The notes: generated by a model from the sequence alone, not told the origin. A stretch of 64,000 nt of DNA from an uncultured delta proteobacterium (GCA_963796055.1 CAWCKH010000004.1:3328001-3392000), one strand, 5' to 3'; positions 1-10,688 are shown, numbered from the stretch's first letter. Program-made: numbers and translations.

Positions 1-95
1 GCGCTGGACCTGGAGCCGTTCCGGTCGGGCCGGCTGAACGAGGCAGTGGGGCTGCCCTCCGCCGGAGCACACACCTGAGAGCCATCGGTCGCGCC

Positions 96-629
96 GTGCC
101 CGGGGCGCGCCCGTGGTGCCTCGCGCTCGCCCTGGGGATGCTCGTCGATCCGCGCCGTGCCCGGGCCGAGGAGGAGGAGCGGTTCGACCATCGCGGCGCG
201 CTCGGGCTGCTGGTCGGCGGAGGCATCGACTTCAAGCGTGAGGTGAAGTCGGGTGGGGACACCGAGGAGGGCCGCCGGGCGCTGCTCGAGACGCTGCTCA
301 CCTTTCCGCTCGGCGTGTCGGGGAACGAGTGGACCCTCGGGGCGCGTACCGGCTTCGGCGGCCCCTCGGTGGACGTGGCCGTCGCCGGCGGGCTCCGGGC
401 GTACTTCGGAGAGGAGCGCTTCAAGACCTACCTCACCGCCGAGCTCGCGCTGCACGTCACCCCCAACGTGACCGCCGGACCGCGGCTCGGCGTCGGCATC
501 CAGTACGAGCTGTTCCCCGTCTTTGGCCTCTACCTGGGCGGGGCGGCCGAGGTGACCGCCGGGCAGGGCATCCGCATCGCCGCGGCCCTGGTCGGCGGCA
601 TCCAGCTCCGCACGTACATCTTCGAGTGA
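96..629 (+). CDS. Hypothetical exported protein, probable small outer-membrane beta-barrel
   Basis: 177 aa ORF with signal-peptide-like N-terminus, Gly-rich amphipathic beta-strands and C-terminal aromatic residues (YIFE). Confidence 0.6.
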   Translation: MPGARPWCLALALGMLVDPRRARAEEEERFDHRGALGLLVGGGIDFKREVKSGGDTEEGRRALLETLLTFPLGVSGNEWTLGARTGFGGPSVDVAVAGGLRAYFGEERFKTYLTAELALHVTPNVTAGPRLGVGIQYELFPVFGLYLGGAAEVTAGQGIRIAAALVGGIQLRTYIFE

Positions 630-685
630 GCGGCCGGCGAAGAAGTTGACCCGTGGCCGAGACGTAGGACGATGTGCATCAAGGT

Positions 686-880
686 ATGACCATCTCCCAC
701 CCCACGCCCCGCCTCACCTCCGTCGTGTTCCGGCTCACCCGGGACCGGCTGGAGGCGCTGAAGAAGCTCTCGCGCGCCACCCGCATCCGTCAGAGCGAGT
801 ACCTGCGCGAGGCCATCGCCGACGTGCTGGCGAAGCACGAGGCGCCCACGGTTCCGTACGGCGTGTCGCCTCAGGCCTGA
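686..880 (+). CDS. Ribbon-helix-helix DNA-binding protein
   Basis: SVVFRL strand followed by LEALKKLS and QSEYLREAIADVL helices; ATG at 686 (alternative GTG at 674). Confidence 0.75.
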   Translation: MTISHPTPRLTSVVFRLTRDRLEALKKLSRATRIRQSEYLREAIADVLAKHEAPTVPYGVSPQA

Positions 881-1683
881 TCCAGCGGCACGAAGGGAGG
901 CTCGCCGGGCAGCCGCGGGGTGACCCCGGCGAATGGATCGAGCGCCCCGGGGTAGCCGACGGACCAGAGCGTGAGCCCGGCCGCCGGCGCGCGGAGCCCC
1001 TCGAACGCCGTCCCCAGGTCGAGCGCGCGCTCCCAGGTGCCATCGTCCACGAGCCCCGCCCCCACCAGCACCGCACCTCCGACGAGGAGCCGCACGCCGT
1101 AGCGGCCGAAGGCATCGCCGCGCAGGCCCACCTCCACCAGTCCGTCGTGCTCCCACCACGAGACGCCGTGCAAGGTCCGGGGGCGGCGCACGCTCGAGGC
1201 CGCGTGCAGCGCCGAGAAGTCGCGTGTGCCCACCGCACGCTGGAGCGCCCGCCGCATCCTTCCCAGGTCGATGGTACGGCCGGCGAGGCGGGGATGGACG
1301 GTGGTGTCCCACACCAGGCCACTCCAGCGCGCAGGCACCGCATCCGTCGCGAGCCGGTAGCGGTACTCCTTCGAGGCGCAGGACCACTGCGCGTGGAAGC
1401 CGTCGGGCGCGTCCACGGCCGCCGCCACTCCCCAGCCGTCGCCTCCGAGCGCCAGCAGCGCCGCGGGCGACGTCGCCGCGCTCACGCGCACGCTCACCGG
1501 CTGGCAGCGGGCGTGGACCCCGCGGTCGGTGCGTCCGGCGGCCATGGGACGCCCCGCGACGCCGCGCGCGGCGAGCGCCGCCTCGAGCGTCTCCTGTACG
1601 GACAGACCGGTCCGCTGGGACTGCCAGCCCTGGAACCGGTCGCCCCGGTACCACACCCACAGCGCCAGACGACGTCGCTTCAC
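871..1683 (-). CDS. truA: tRNA pseudouridine synthase A
   Basis: YRGDRFQGWQ, AAGRTDRGVHA catalytic motif, APAAGLTL. Confidence 0.9.
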   Translation of the reverse strand: MKRRRLALWVWYRGDRFQGWQSQRTGLSVQETLEAALAARGVAGRPMAAGRTDRGVHARCQPVSVRVSAATSPAALLALGGDGWGVAAAVDAPDGFHAQWSCASKEYRYRLATDAVPARWSGLVWDTTVHPRLAGRTIDLGRMRRALQRAVGTRDFSALHAASSVRRPRTLHGVSWWEHDGLVEVGLRGDAFGRYGVRLLVGGAVLVGAGLVDDGTWERALDLGTAFEGLRAPAAGLTLWSVGYPGALDPFAGVTPRLPGEPPFVPLDQA

Positions 1684-1721
1684 CGGTCCGGGCTCAGGGT
1701 AGACTATTTCCCTCCCACGCC

Positions 1722-2600
1722 ATGGATTCGCGCAACGTCGACCACGCCGAGCACCCGCTCGGGGGAGAGTGGCTGTACCGCAAGGGAGAGCTGGTGCTCG
1801 GGCCGGTCCAGGGCGCGCAGCTGCTCGATCGGCTGTACGCAGGGGACATCAACGGCCAGACCGAGGTCGCCCTGGTGGGCGAGGACTTCGAGCGCGTCAC
1901 CCAGGTGGAGGCGCTCCGGATCCACCTCGCCAAGGCCGAGGCGAAGTGGCGGGTGGACGCGCTGGAACGGCGGGTGCGCGATCGGGCCCGCCGCCAGCGG
2001 AACGTCCGGCTGACGATGCTCGCCGGGGTGGCCCTGGTGGTGGCCGGCGCCGCGGGTGCGGTGGCGCGCTACATGGCAGTGCACGGCACGTTCGACACCC
2101 GCACCGAGGAGGCGGCCATCGCCGTGGAGCCGCCGGTCATCCGGCTGGCCAGGGCGCGGAGGCAGCAGGACGAGATGCTCGACTACCCGCTGGACAAGGG
2201 CGGGCGGAGGCCGACCGGGGCCACCGGCACCCGCCCCGCGGGCCTCGGGACCCGCTCCGGGCAAGGGGCCCCGGAGGGTGAATCGGACGACGTGAGCATC
2301 GAGGCGAAGTTCGACCGGGGGGCAATCCAGACGGTGATCGCCCAGCGGCAGCGGGCGCTCTACCCCTGCTTCGCCGAGGAGGCGAAGCGCTCACCCGGGC
2401 TCGCCGAGCGCATCCCCATCGAGTTCGTCATCGGCAACGATGGCCAGGTGAAGAAGCTGTGGGTGGACCACCCGAGGTTCGCCGAGGGTGCGCTTCAAGA
2501 GTGCATCTTCAAGGAGCTGCAGCGCTGGCCGTTCCGGCCGTACGAGGGCCAGCAGGCCACGGTGGGCCTGTCGTTCACCATCGGGCGGGGAGCGGGGTGA
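1722..2600 (+). CDS. GYF_2-domain membrane protein with AgmX/PglI-type (TonB_C-like) C-terminal domain
   Basis: N-terminal WLYRKGELVLGPV, one TM segment, C-terminal LYPCF..IEFVIGNDGQV..ECIFKELQRWPF. Confidence 0.75.
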   Translation: MDSRNVDHAEHPLGGEWLYRKGELVLGPVQGAQLLDRLYAGDINGQTEVALVGEDFERVTQVEALRIHLAKAEAKWRVDALERRVRDRARRQRNVRLTMLAGVALVVAGAAGAVARYMAVHGTFDTRTEEAAIAVEPPVIRLARARRQQDEMLDYPLDKGGRRPTGATGTRPAGLGTRSGQGAPEGESDDVSIEAKFDRGAIQTVIAQRQRALYPCFAEEAKRSPGLAERIPIEFVIGNDGQVKKLWVDHPRFAEGALQECIFKELQRWPFRPYEGQQATVGLSFTIGRGAG

Positions 2601-3214
2601 TGGTGCGCGCCCCGGTGATCGAGGTGGCGGCGAGTGGCGACGCGTTCCGGGAGGAGGTGCGCGGGGCGGCGCGGGCCTTCAAGGCGTCCTGGACCGGTCT
2701 GGCGAAGGTGCTGACCCGGGTGCGCGACGAGGCGCTGTGGGAAAGCTGGGGATTCCCGAGCTTCGAGGCTTACTGCAGCAAGGAGCTCCGCATCCGGAAG
2801 GCCACGGCGCTGAAGCTCACCCGCTCGTGGAGCTTCCTCGATCGGCACGAGCGGAGCTGGAGGCCGGACGCACCCGATGCCCGGCCCGCTCCGGGGCTCG
2901 AGGTGGTGGAGGTCCTCGCGGAGGCGGAGGAGCGCGGGGCGCTGGACGCCCAGGAGTACCGGAGCATCCGCGACTCCATCTGGGACCCGCAGCGCCCCGT
3001 CGCCGCGGTGCGCCGAGAGCTGAGCGAGCGCTTTCCCCGGCCGGCCCCCGAGCCGCCGCCGACGCAGGTGCGCCTGGGTCAGCTGGCACGCACCGCCCGC
3101 CGCCTCGCCGAGGAGCTCCGGGTGTGCCGCGGGGTTCCAGCGTCGGTCCGGACCCAGGCCGACGACCTCGCCGCCGCCGTGGAGTCCCTGGCCGTCGACC
3201 GCGGCCAGAGCTGA
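2600..3214 (+). CDS. Conserved hypothetical protein
   Basis: ATG overlaps upstream stop (TGATG); [19 protein letters not shown] motif; GC3-biased codons. Confidence 0.7.
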   Translation: MVRAPVIEVAASGDAFREEVRGAARAFKASWTGLAKVLTRVRDEALWESWGFPSFEAYCSKELRIRKATALKLTRSWSFLDRHERSWRPDAPDARPAPGLEVVEVLAEAEERGALDAQEYRSIRDSIWDPQRPVAAVRRELSERFPRPAPEPPPTQVRLGQLARTARRLAEELRVCRGVPASVRTQADDLAAAVESLAVDRGQS

Positions 3215-3404
3215 GCCCGCCGCCTCCCGAGAGCAGTCCTGCCGCCGACGTTGCCGATCAGTCGTCTGCCCTGCTCGGAACTCGGGACTTATATTGGACA
3301 AGGGCCCCGATCTCGCGGCAGCGTCGGAGGTGGCGCGGGCATCGGGGTCTGTGCTGGAGTCGAGGAAGTCGGTCAGGGCCAGTGCCCTGGAGGTCAGAGA
3401 AGGC

Positions 3405-4682
3405 GTGAAGAAGGAGCACACCGTCAACCTGTCCTGCTCGTTCTGCGGGAAGTCACAGCGCGAGGTGCGCAAGCTCATCGCCGGACCGACGGTCTACATC
3501 TGCGACGAGTGCATCAAGCTCTGCAACGACATCATCGCCGAGGAGCATGACCGCGAGGAGGGCAAGCCCCAGGTCTCCTTGCCCACCCCGACGGAGATCA
3601 AGTCCTTCCTCGACGACTACGTCATCGGCCAGGACCACGCCAAGAAGGTCCTCGCGGTCGCGGTCTACAACCACTACAAGCGCATCTACCAGAAGAAGCC
3701 TCCCGCCCGGCCGCGCCCCGGGGTGAAGGCCGCCGGCCACGAGGACGTCGAGCTCAGCAAGAGCAACATCCTCCTCATCGGCCCCACCGGCAGCGGCAAG
3801 ACCCTGCTGGCCCAGAGCCTGGCCCGCTTCCTCAACGTCCCCTTCACCATCGCCGACGCCACCAGCCTCACCGAGGCCGGCTACGTGGGCGAGGACGTGG
3901 AGAACATCATCCAGAACCTGCTCCACAACGCCGACTACGACGTGGAGAAGGCCGCCCGGGGCATCGTCTACATCGACGAGATCGACAAGATCGCCCGCAA
4001 GGGAGACACCCCCAGCGTCACCCGCGACGTCGGCGGCGAGGGGGTGCAGCAGGCCCTGCTCAAGATCATCGAGGGCACCCGGGCCAACGTCACCCCCCGG
4101 GGGGGCAAGAAGTACAATCAACAGGAATACGTCCAGGTCGACACCTCGAACATCCTCTTCATCTGCGGCGGGGCCTTCCACGGCATCGACTCGATCATCC
4201 GCCGCCGGGTGGGAGAGAAGGGCCTGGGCTTCGGGGCGAAGATCGTCCACAAGGACGAGCGCACCGTGGGCGAGCTGCTGAAGCTGGTGGAGCCCGAGGA
4301 CCTCATGAAGTTCGGGATGATCCCCGAGTTCGTGGGCCGGCTCCCGGTGGTGGCGACCCTCAACGACCTGCGCGAGGACGACCTGGTCACCATCCTCACC
4401 CAGCCGAAGAACGCGCTGGTGAAGCAGTACCAGAAGCTCTTCGAGATCGAGAAGGTGAAGCTGAGCTTCAGCAAGGAAGCGCTCCGTGCCATCGCCCGCG
4501 AGGCGATGCGGCGGAGCTCCGGCGCCCGCGGCCTCCGCGCGATCATGGAGGACGCGATGCTGGACATCATGTACGACGTCCCGTACCGGGAAGGCGTGCG
4601 GGAGTGCAAGATCACCCAGGAAGTGGTGACCAAGCACGAGCCGCCGCAGCTGGTGCTGGAGAAGGAAAAGAAGACCGCCTAG
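3405..4682 (+). CDS. clpX: ATP-dependent Clp protease ATP-binding subunit ClpX
   Basis: CSFCGKS..CDEC zinc finger, [18 protein letters not shown] loop; GTG start at 3405 inferred. Confidence 0.95.
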   Translation: MKKEHTVNLSCSFCGKSQREVRKLIAGPTVYICDECIKLCNDIIAEEHDREEGKPQVSLPTPTEIKSFLDDYVIGQDHAKKVLAVAVYNHYKRIYQKKPPARPRPGVKAAGHEDVELSKSNILLIGPTGSGKTLLAQSLARFLNVPFTIADATSLTEAGYVGEDVENIIQNLLHNADYDVEKAARGIVYIDEIDKIARKGDTPSVTRDVGGEGVQQALLKIIEGTRANVTPRGGKKYNQQEYVQVDTSNILFICGGAFHGIDSIIRRRVGEKGLGFGAKIVHKDERTVGELLKLVEPEDLMKFGMIPEFVGRLPVVATLNDLREDDLVTILTQPKNALVKQYQKLFEIEKVKLSFSKEALRAIAREAMRRSSGARGLRAIMEDAMLDIMYDVPYREGVRECKITQEVVTKHEPPQLVLEKEKKTA

Positions 4683-4685
4683 CGG

Positions 4686-6146
4686 TCATCGCCCGAGCCA
4701 CTGCTCGGCCATTGCCACCAGCGGATGGCTACCGGGGTCCCACGGGCCCCGGGCGAGCTCCAGGACGCGCGCCCTGAACTCCGGGCTCGGCCGGACGAAG
4801 GTGAGCACGGCGAAGGTGGCGACGGAGACCGCCGCCAGCGCGACCACCGGAGCGCGGAGGTGGCGCCGAGCCCACACCGCCGGAAGGCCGAGCGCCAGCG
4901 CCAGGCCGAGAATGGGCAAGCCGTCGGCCAGCATCCGGTTCCCGGCGGAGTACCCCCCGTTCCAGCACCACCAGTGGCCCATCACCCCGATGAAGAGCGC
5001 GAGACCGACGACCGGTGCGATCAACCATCGTGGCGCCCGCGACCCGGGCAGCAGCGCCCCGGCGGCGACCAGGAGCACCGGTGAGTGGAGGAGGAGTCCG
5101 CGGGCCGGACTGACGAGGAGCCCGGGGACGCCCTCGTGGAACGGGGTGGTCCAACCCTCGCGGGCCTCCGCACCGTAGCCGGTGCCCAGCGGAGAGCCGA
5201 ACACCCGCCACTGGTACCAGGCGAGAAGCGCGACCGGGATGGCGGCAGCGCAGGCCATCCACGGGAGGGCGCGAGGCCTCGTCCCCAGGAGCGCGGTCGC
5301 CAGCCCGGCGGCGAGCACCAGGTCCACCGGCCGGCAGGCCATCGCCACCCCGAGCCCCAGACCGACCAGCACACCGACCCGGCGGTCCGGCGCGGTCCGG
5401 AAGGTGAGCGCCATCAGCGCCACCGCGAAGCCGAGCGCGGCGCCGGTGTGCTGCCACAGCGCCTGCCCGAGCACCGCGAGCACGGGCGTGGCGAGCACGT
5501 AGAGACCGATGGTGGCCCAGGCCCAGCGGGTGCCCACCAGGCTCCGGGCGGCGATGAACAGACACCCGGTCCCCAGCGCGGTCAGCAGTGCCGCGGCCAG
5601 CTTTCCCAGATGGAGAACCGGTGAGAGGTGGGGGTCGAACCGGCCGAGCGCCGCCGGGAGGTACACCAGCACGGCGAGGACGCCCATCGCCGGCGAGTAC
5701 TTCGAGGCGAGCCGGGGACCGGCGCGGATCAGGTAGTAGGGCAGCGGCTCGCCGTGCACCCCGAGGGGCTCGTCGAGACCGGACTTCTCGAAGGTGAGCC
5801 GTCCGTCGCGCAGGAGCACGAAGGGGAGGAAGGTCGCCGGGACCGTGTCCCCGGACCCGATGGGCAGGGTGTTGGCCAGCAGGACGGCCAGGGTGAGACC
5901 GGCCACCGCGAGCGGTGGGCCTCCCCGCTTGCGGAGCCCTCCTGCCAGCGCGAGCGCCACCACCGCCAGGAGCGCGGCCAGCGAGGTCTCGGCCTCGAAC
6001 CGCCCGGCCGGAAGCTCGACTCCCAGCAGGCGGATCGGGGCGGGGCCGGTTGCCATCCACCCGGTCACGTCGGCGAGGATCGCCGCTGCGGCGCAGGCCG
6101 GAACCGCCACCAGGGCGAGGCGCATCGCCGGCTGCCGGACTCCCAT
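4686..6146 (-). CDS. Multi-pass membrane protein, GT-C-fold glycosyltransferase-like
   Basis: Many TM segments; SGD, SKY, ALWQH, CRP, GLLVSPARGLL, WWCWNGG..GNR motifs. Confidence 0.6.
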   Translation of the reverse strand: MGVRQPAMRLALVAVPACAAAAILADVTGWMATGPAPIRLLGVELPAGRFEAETSLAALLAVVALALAGGLRKRGGPPLAVAGLTLAVLLANTLPIGSGDTVPATFLPFVLLRDGRLTFEKSGLDEPLGVHGEPLPYYLIRAGPRLASKYSPAMGVLAVLVYLPAALGRFDPHLSPVLHLGKLAAALLTALGTGCLFIAARSLVGTRWAWATIGLYVLATPVLAVLGQALWQHTGAALGFAVALMALTFRTAPDRRVGVLVGLGLGVAMACRPVDLVLAAGLATALLGTRPRALPWMACAAAIPVALLAWYQWRVFGSPLGTGYGAEAREGWTTPFHEGVPGLLVSPARGLLLHSPVLLVAAGALLPGSRAPRWLIAPVVGLALFIGVMGHWWCWNGGYSAGNRMLADGLPILGLALALGLPAVWARRHLRAPVVALAAVSVATFAVLTFVRPSPEFRARVLELARGPWDPGSHPLVAMAEQWLGR

Positions 6147-6173
6147 GGCCCCCCTCGGACCGCTCGGTGCGCC

Positions 6174-7694
6174 CTAGCTCTGCGTCACCCGCACGGTGGT
6201 CTTCATCTTCCGTCCGGTGGCCGGGTCGAGGGCGCTCATGGTGAGGATGCCCTCCACGTTCACGTCAAAGGTGACCTCGACCTGGGCCTCGCCCGCCTTG
6301 CCGGGGTTGATGCCGGAGAAGACGAACTCGCCGAGGAGCTCGTTCTTCTTCGCCGCCTCGTTGTCGCCCTGGTAGATGCGCATCGCCAGCTCGGTCTGGC
6401 CATCGAAGCTGGTGGTGGCCTGGATCTGCTTGGCGTTGGGGATGGCCGCGTTCCTGGGGAACACCACGTGGAAGCTGCCGCCTGCCTTCTCCAGGCCGAT
6501 GGCCATGGGGATGACGTCGAGCAGCTGGAGCCGGAGGTTGGTGTCGTCCTCCAGCGAGTGGGCGTAGAGCGCCGCCCCGATGGCCACCGCCTCGTCGGGG
6601 TGCACGCCCTTGCTGGGAGCCTTGCCGAAGAACTTGGTCAGCCGCTCCTGGATGATCGGCATCCGGGTCTGCCCGCCGACCAGCATCACCTCGTCGATCT
6701 GCTTGGTGCTCACCCCGGCGTCCACCAGCACCCGGGCCACCATCTGGAGCGTCCGGTCCACCAGGTGTTGGGTGAGCTCCTCCAGCCTCTTCCGGGTGAA
6801 GGTCATCTCGATGTTCAGCGGCTGGCCCTGCGCGGTCATGGTGATGAAGGGGATGCTGAAGGGCGCCTGCTCGCGGGTGCTGAGGTCGCACTTGGTCCGC
6901 TCGGCCAGATCCTTGATCCGCTGCATCGCCACCGGGTCGGTGGACAGATCGATGCCGGTCTTGGCCGCGAACTCGGTCAGGACGTGGTGGATCATCGTGT
7001 TGTCGAAGTCCAGCCCGCCGAGGAAGATGTCGCCTCCGGTGGCCTTCACCTCGAAGACCCGGTCGCGGATCTCGATGATGCTCACGTCGAAGGTGCCGCC
7101 GCCCAGGTCGTAGACCAGGGTCGTCTCGTGCAGCCTCTTGCCGATCCCGTAGGCCAGCGAGGCGGCGGTGGGCTCGTTGATGATCCGCACCACCTCGATG
7201 CCCACCAGCTTGCCGGCGTCCTTCACCGCCTGCCGCTGCCGGTCGTTGAAGTACGCCGGCACGGTGACCACCGCCCGGCTGATGGGCACCCGGAGGTAGT
7301 TGGAGGCGACGTCGCGGATCTTGTTCAGGATGCGGGCGGCAATCTCCTGAAGGTGGAACTCGCGGCGGGCGACGTCGATGACCACGTCGTTCCGGTCACC
7401 GGGGCGGACCTCGTAGCCCACGGTCTTGCGCATCGTCTCCACGATCTCGCTCGACCAGCTCCGCCCCACCAGCCGCTTGCTCCCGTAGACGGTGTTGCGG
7501 GGGTTGAGCTGCCACTGGCGCTTGGCCTCGTGGCCGATGAGCTCGTTCCCCTTCTCGTCGATGGCGAACACCGAGGGCACGGTGTAGTCGCCACCCTTGT
7601 AGGGGATGAGCTTGACCGACCCGTCCTCGGTCACGATGGCCGCGCAGGAGTTGGTCGTGCCGAGATCGATGCCGATGATGGGCGGCTTCTGCAT
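6174..7694 (-). CDS. Hsp70/DnaK-family protein lacking the C-terminal lid
   Basis: IGIDLGTTNS, TVPAYFND, INEPTAA, DLGGGTFD, VGGQTRMP; ends right after the substrate-binding beta domain. Confidence 0.92.
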   Translation of the reverse strand: MQKPPIIGIDLGTTNSCAAIVTEDGSVKLIPYKGGDYTVPSVFAIDEKGNELIGHEAKRQWQLNPRNTVYGSKRLVGRSWSSEIVETMRKTVGYEVRPGDRNDVVIDVARREFHLQEIAARILNKIRDVASNYLRVPISRAVVTVPAYFNDRQRQAVKDAGKLVGIEVVRIINEPTAASLAYGIGKRLHETTLVYDLGGGTFDVSIIEIRDRVFEVKATGGDIFLGGLDFDNTMIHHVLTEFAAKTGIDLSTDPVAMQRIKDLAERTKCDLSTREQAPFSIPFITMTAQGQPLNIEMTFTRKRLEELTQHLVDRTLQMVARVLVDAGVSTKQIDEVMLVGGQTRMPIIQERLTKFFGKAPSKGVHPDEAVAIGAALYAHSLEDDTNLRLQLLDVIPMAIGLEKAGGSFHVVFPRNAAIPNAKQIQATTSFDGQTELAMRIYQGDNEAAKKNELLGEFVFSGINPGKAGEAQVEVTFDVNVEGILTMSALDPATGRKMKTTVRVTQS

Positions 7695-7832
7695 GCTTGT
7701 CGGCATCCTACGCTAGCAAGACAGGCTGCCGTCCGGGGCACTCTGGCGCATCGGTCGGCAGTCGAGGGAGACTGCGGGGACGATGTGGGCGAGCGAGCCG
7801 GGGCGCCCGTCCGCGGATGGAGCGGCCGACGG

Positions 7833-10070
7833 ATGAGCGCGAAGGATTTCCTCAAGGAGGTGGGCGCGGTGGTCAGCCGCGACTTCCTCCAGGACCGGAG
7901 CATCCTCTCCTTCGAGGAATACCTCGAGCTGTTCCTCCACGGCCCGCACGCCCAGGTCCGGAACTCGGCGCAGTACCTCCATGACGTGCTGGACCACTTC
8001 GGCTCCGCACCGGTGCAGCACCCCTCCGGGCCGATGCGACGCTTCAAGCTGTTCGACCTCACCGACGGCGAGCGGATGGGCCGGGTGGCGGGGCAGGAGG
8101 AGGTGCAGAACGCCCTCTACCGGCTGCTCGGCAACTTCGTCCGGGCCGGGGCGGTGAACAAGCTCGTCCTGCTGCACGGGCCGAACGGCTCGGCCAAGTC
8201 CACGCTGGTGGACGCCCTGAAGCGCGGCATGGAGCTCTACTCGCGCGAGCCGCAGGGCGCGCTCTACGAGATTGCCTGGATCTTCCCCTCCGAGAAGCTG
8301 GTGAAGGGGAGCATCGGGTTCGGCGATCGGACGGGCGGCGGCGGTGAGCTGACCACCTTCGCCCACCTGGAGGAGGAGAGCGTGGAGGTACGGGTCACCT
8401 GCGAGATGCGGGACCATCCCCTCTTCGCCATGCCCCGGAGCGAGCGGCGGAAGCTCCTGGAAAAGGCGCTCAAGGTCCCGGCGCGCACCGGCGACGGAGA
8501 GGCGGTCCTGGCCGACTGGATCGTCGACGGCGAGCTCTGCCACAAGTGCCGGCGCATCTACAGCGCGCTCCTCGCCGCCTCCAATGGCGACTGGCTGCGG
8601 GTGCTGCGTCACGTCCAGGTCCGGCGCTTCTACCTCTCGCGCCGTTACCTGGTGGGGGCGGTCACGGTCGAGCCGCACCTGAGCGTGGACGCGGCCTACC
8701 ACCAGGTCTCCGCCGATCGGAGCCAGGCCAACCTCCCCGCGGCGCTGCAGAACCTCGTGCTCTTCGAGCCGCACGGGCCGCTGGTCAATGCCAACCGCGG
8801 CATCATGGAGTACGCCGATCTCCTCAAGCGTCCGCTGGAGGCGTTCAAGTATCTCCTCGGGTTCAGCGAGACCGGCGAGGTGCCGATGGAGCACTTCGTC
8901 CTGCAGCTCGACGAGGTGCTGGTCGCCTCCAGCAACGAGAAGCACCTGGCGGCGTTCAAGGAGCTTCCGGACTTCGCCAGCTTCAAGGGCCGCATCGAGC
9001 TGGTGCGGGTGCCGTACCTGCGCCGCTGGAAGGAGGAGAAGGAGATCTACGACGCGCAGGTCACCACCCGGACGGTGGGCAAGCACGTGGCTCCGCACGC
9101 CACCGAGGTGGCGGCGCAGTGGGCGGTGCTCACCCGGCTGAAGAAGCCGGTCCGCGAGCGCTACCCTGCGGACGTGCGGGAGATCCTCGAGGGCCTCACC
9201 CCGCTGGAGAAGATGTGGCTCTACGAGGACGGCACCGCACCCGACCGGCTGAGCCTGGCGCAGGCCCGGGAGCTGAAGAAGTGGCTCCCGGCGCTCTACC
9301 AGGAGTCGGACGCGTACCCGAACTACGAGGGACGCACCGGCGCCTCGGCCCGGGAGATCAAGACCGCGCTCCTCAACGCCGCCCAGAACCCGGACCGGCC
9401 GTGCTTGAGCCCCCTGGCGGTGCTGGAGGAGCTGACCGCGCTCACCAAGGACAAGAGCGTCTACGAGTTCCTTCAGGAAGAGGTGGTGGACGGCTACCAC
9501 GACCACGAGGAGTTCGTGCGCACCGTGGAGCAGCAATACCTCGAGTCGGTGGACGCCGAGGTGCGGGAATCGATGAAGCTGGTGTCGGACGAGCAGTACA
9601 CCTCGCTCTTCGAGACCTACGTGCAGCACGTCCGGCACTGGGTGAAGAACGAGAAGATGCGCAACCGCCTCACCGGCGAGATGGAGCGGCCGGACGAGAA
9701 GCGAATGGCGGAGATGGAAGGCATCGTCATGCCCCGGGGGGACGACCCCGGCGAGTTTCGCCGCGGGCTCATCGGGCAGATCGGCGCCCACCGGCTCGAG
9801 AACCCCGAGGGGGCGATGGACTACGGGCGCATCTTCCCCGACCTCTTCCGCCGCCTCCGGGCCCACTTCTTCGAGGAGCGCAAGCGGGCGCTCAGCCGCG
9901 GGGCGGAGAACGTGCTCAAGGCGCTCTCCGACGAGCGGAGCACCCTCAGCAGCCGCGAGCTGGAGCAGGTGAACCAGACCCTGGCCACGATGCGGGAGCG
10001 GTACGGCTACTGCGACGTCTGCGCCAAGGAGGCGATCCTCTTCCTGGTGCGCAAGCGGTACGCGAGCTGA
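7833..10070 (+). CDS. prkA: PrkA-family AAA+ / serine protein kinase
   Basis: LLHGPNGSAKST Walker A, ANRG, EGRTGASARE; the real start lies within the long ORF at ATG 7833. Confidence 0.85.
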   Translation: MSAKDFLKEVGAVVSRDFLQDRSILSFEEYLELFLHGPHAQVRNSAQYLHDVLDHFGSAPVQHPSGPMRRFKLFDLTDGERMGRVAGQEEVQNALYRLLGNFVRAGAVNKLVLLHGPNGSAKSTLVDALKRGMELYSREPQGALYEIAWIFPSEKLVKGSIGFGDRTGGGGELTTFAHLEEESVEVRVTCEMRDHPLFAMPRSERRKLLEKALKVPARTGDGEAVLADWIVDGELCHKCRRIYSALLAASNGDWLRVLRHVQVRRFYLSRRYLVGAVTVEPHLSVDAAYHQVSADRSQANLPAALQNLVLFEPHGPLVNANRGIMEYADLLKRPLEAFKYLLGFSETGEVPMEHFVLQLDEVLVASSNEKHLAAFKELPDFASFKGRIELVRVPYLRRWKEEKEIYDAQVTTRTVGKHVAPHATEVAAQWAVLTRLKKPVRERYPADVREILEGLTPLEKMWLYEDGTAPDRLSLAQARELKKWLPALYQESDAYPNYEGRTGASAREIKTALLNAAQNPDRPCLSPLAVLEELTALTKDKSVYEFLQEEVVDGYHDHEEFVRTVEQQYLESVDAEVRESMKLVSDEQYTSLFETYVQHVRHWVKNEKMRNRLTGEMERPDEKRMAEMEGIVMPRGDDPGEFRRGLIGQIGAHRLENPEGAMDYGRIFPDLFRRLRAHFFEERKRALSRGAENVLKALSDERSTLSSRELEQVNQTLATMRERYGYCDVCAKEAILFLVRKRYAS

Positions 10071-10127
10071 GCGCCGACTCCCCAGGGGGGAGTCCCCCAT
10101 GTGGGGCCCTGGTGGTTAAGTCCTGGG

Positions 10128-10577
10128 ATGGCCAGGAGCTCTTGGGACCAGTACTTCATGGACATCGCCCGGCAGGTCGCGACCCGGGCGACCTGCGACC
10201 GGAAGCACGTCGGGGCGGTGCTGGTGCGTGACCGGACCATCCTCTCCACCGGCTACAACGGCAGCATCCGCGGGATGCCCCACTGCGACGAGGTGGGGCA
10301 CATGATGGAGAACGGCCATTGCGTGGCGACGGTGCACGCCGAGGCCAATGCCATCCTCCAAGCGGCGAAGAACGGCGTGCGGATCGACGGAGCCACCCTG
10401 TACACCACCGCCAGCCCGTGCTGGCCGTGCTTCAAGCTGGTCGCCAACTCGGGGTGCGTGCGGATCGTCTACGGGGAGTTCTACCGGGACCCCCGCATCT
10501 TCGAGGTCGCCGCCCAGCTGAAGCTCGAGCTGGTGAGTCTCGAGGTCCCGGCCCCGACCGCTCCGAAGCACGTCTGA
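10128..10577 (+). CDS. dCMP deaminase (ComEB family)
   Basis: WDQYFM, ATC, VGAV, GYNG, HAEANA, PCWPC. Confidence 0.92.
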   Translation: MARSSWDQYFMDIARQVATRATCDRKHVGAVLVRDRTILSTGYNGSIRGMPHCDEVGHMMENGHCVATVHAEANAILQAAKNGVRIDGATLYTTASPCWPCFKLVANSGCVRIVYGEFYRDPRIFEVAAQLKLELVSLEVPAPTAPKHV

Positions 10578-10688
10578 CGACCACAGGACCTCTCGGCCCG
10601 GTCGCCCGGCCACACCCAGCGTCCATCTCAGGACACCAGGGTGCCCTCGCTCCGCCCCGGGTGTATCCCCACCGGCAAAAGTTACGGG

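Noticed and set aside
1..78. 3' end of an upstream gene (ALDLEPFRSGRLNEAVGLPSAGAHT*)
   Set aside because: Too short to assign a function
7715..7731. Sigma54-like GGCAGCCTGTCTTGCT upstream of Hsp70
   Set aside because: GG-to-GC spacing is 11 nt, not the required 10
5628..7832. N-terminal 735 aa of the 1480-aa ORF, suggesting a giant PrkA fusion
   Set aside because: It is the antisense shadow of the Hsp70 and membrane genes; PrkA similarity begins at ATG 7833
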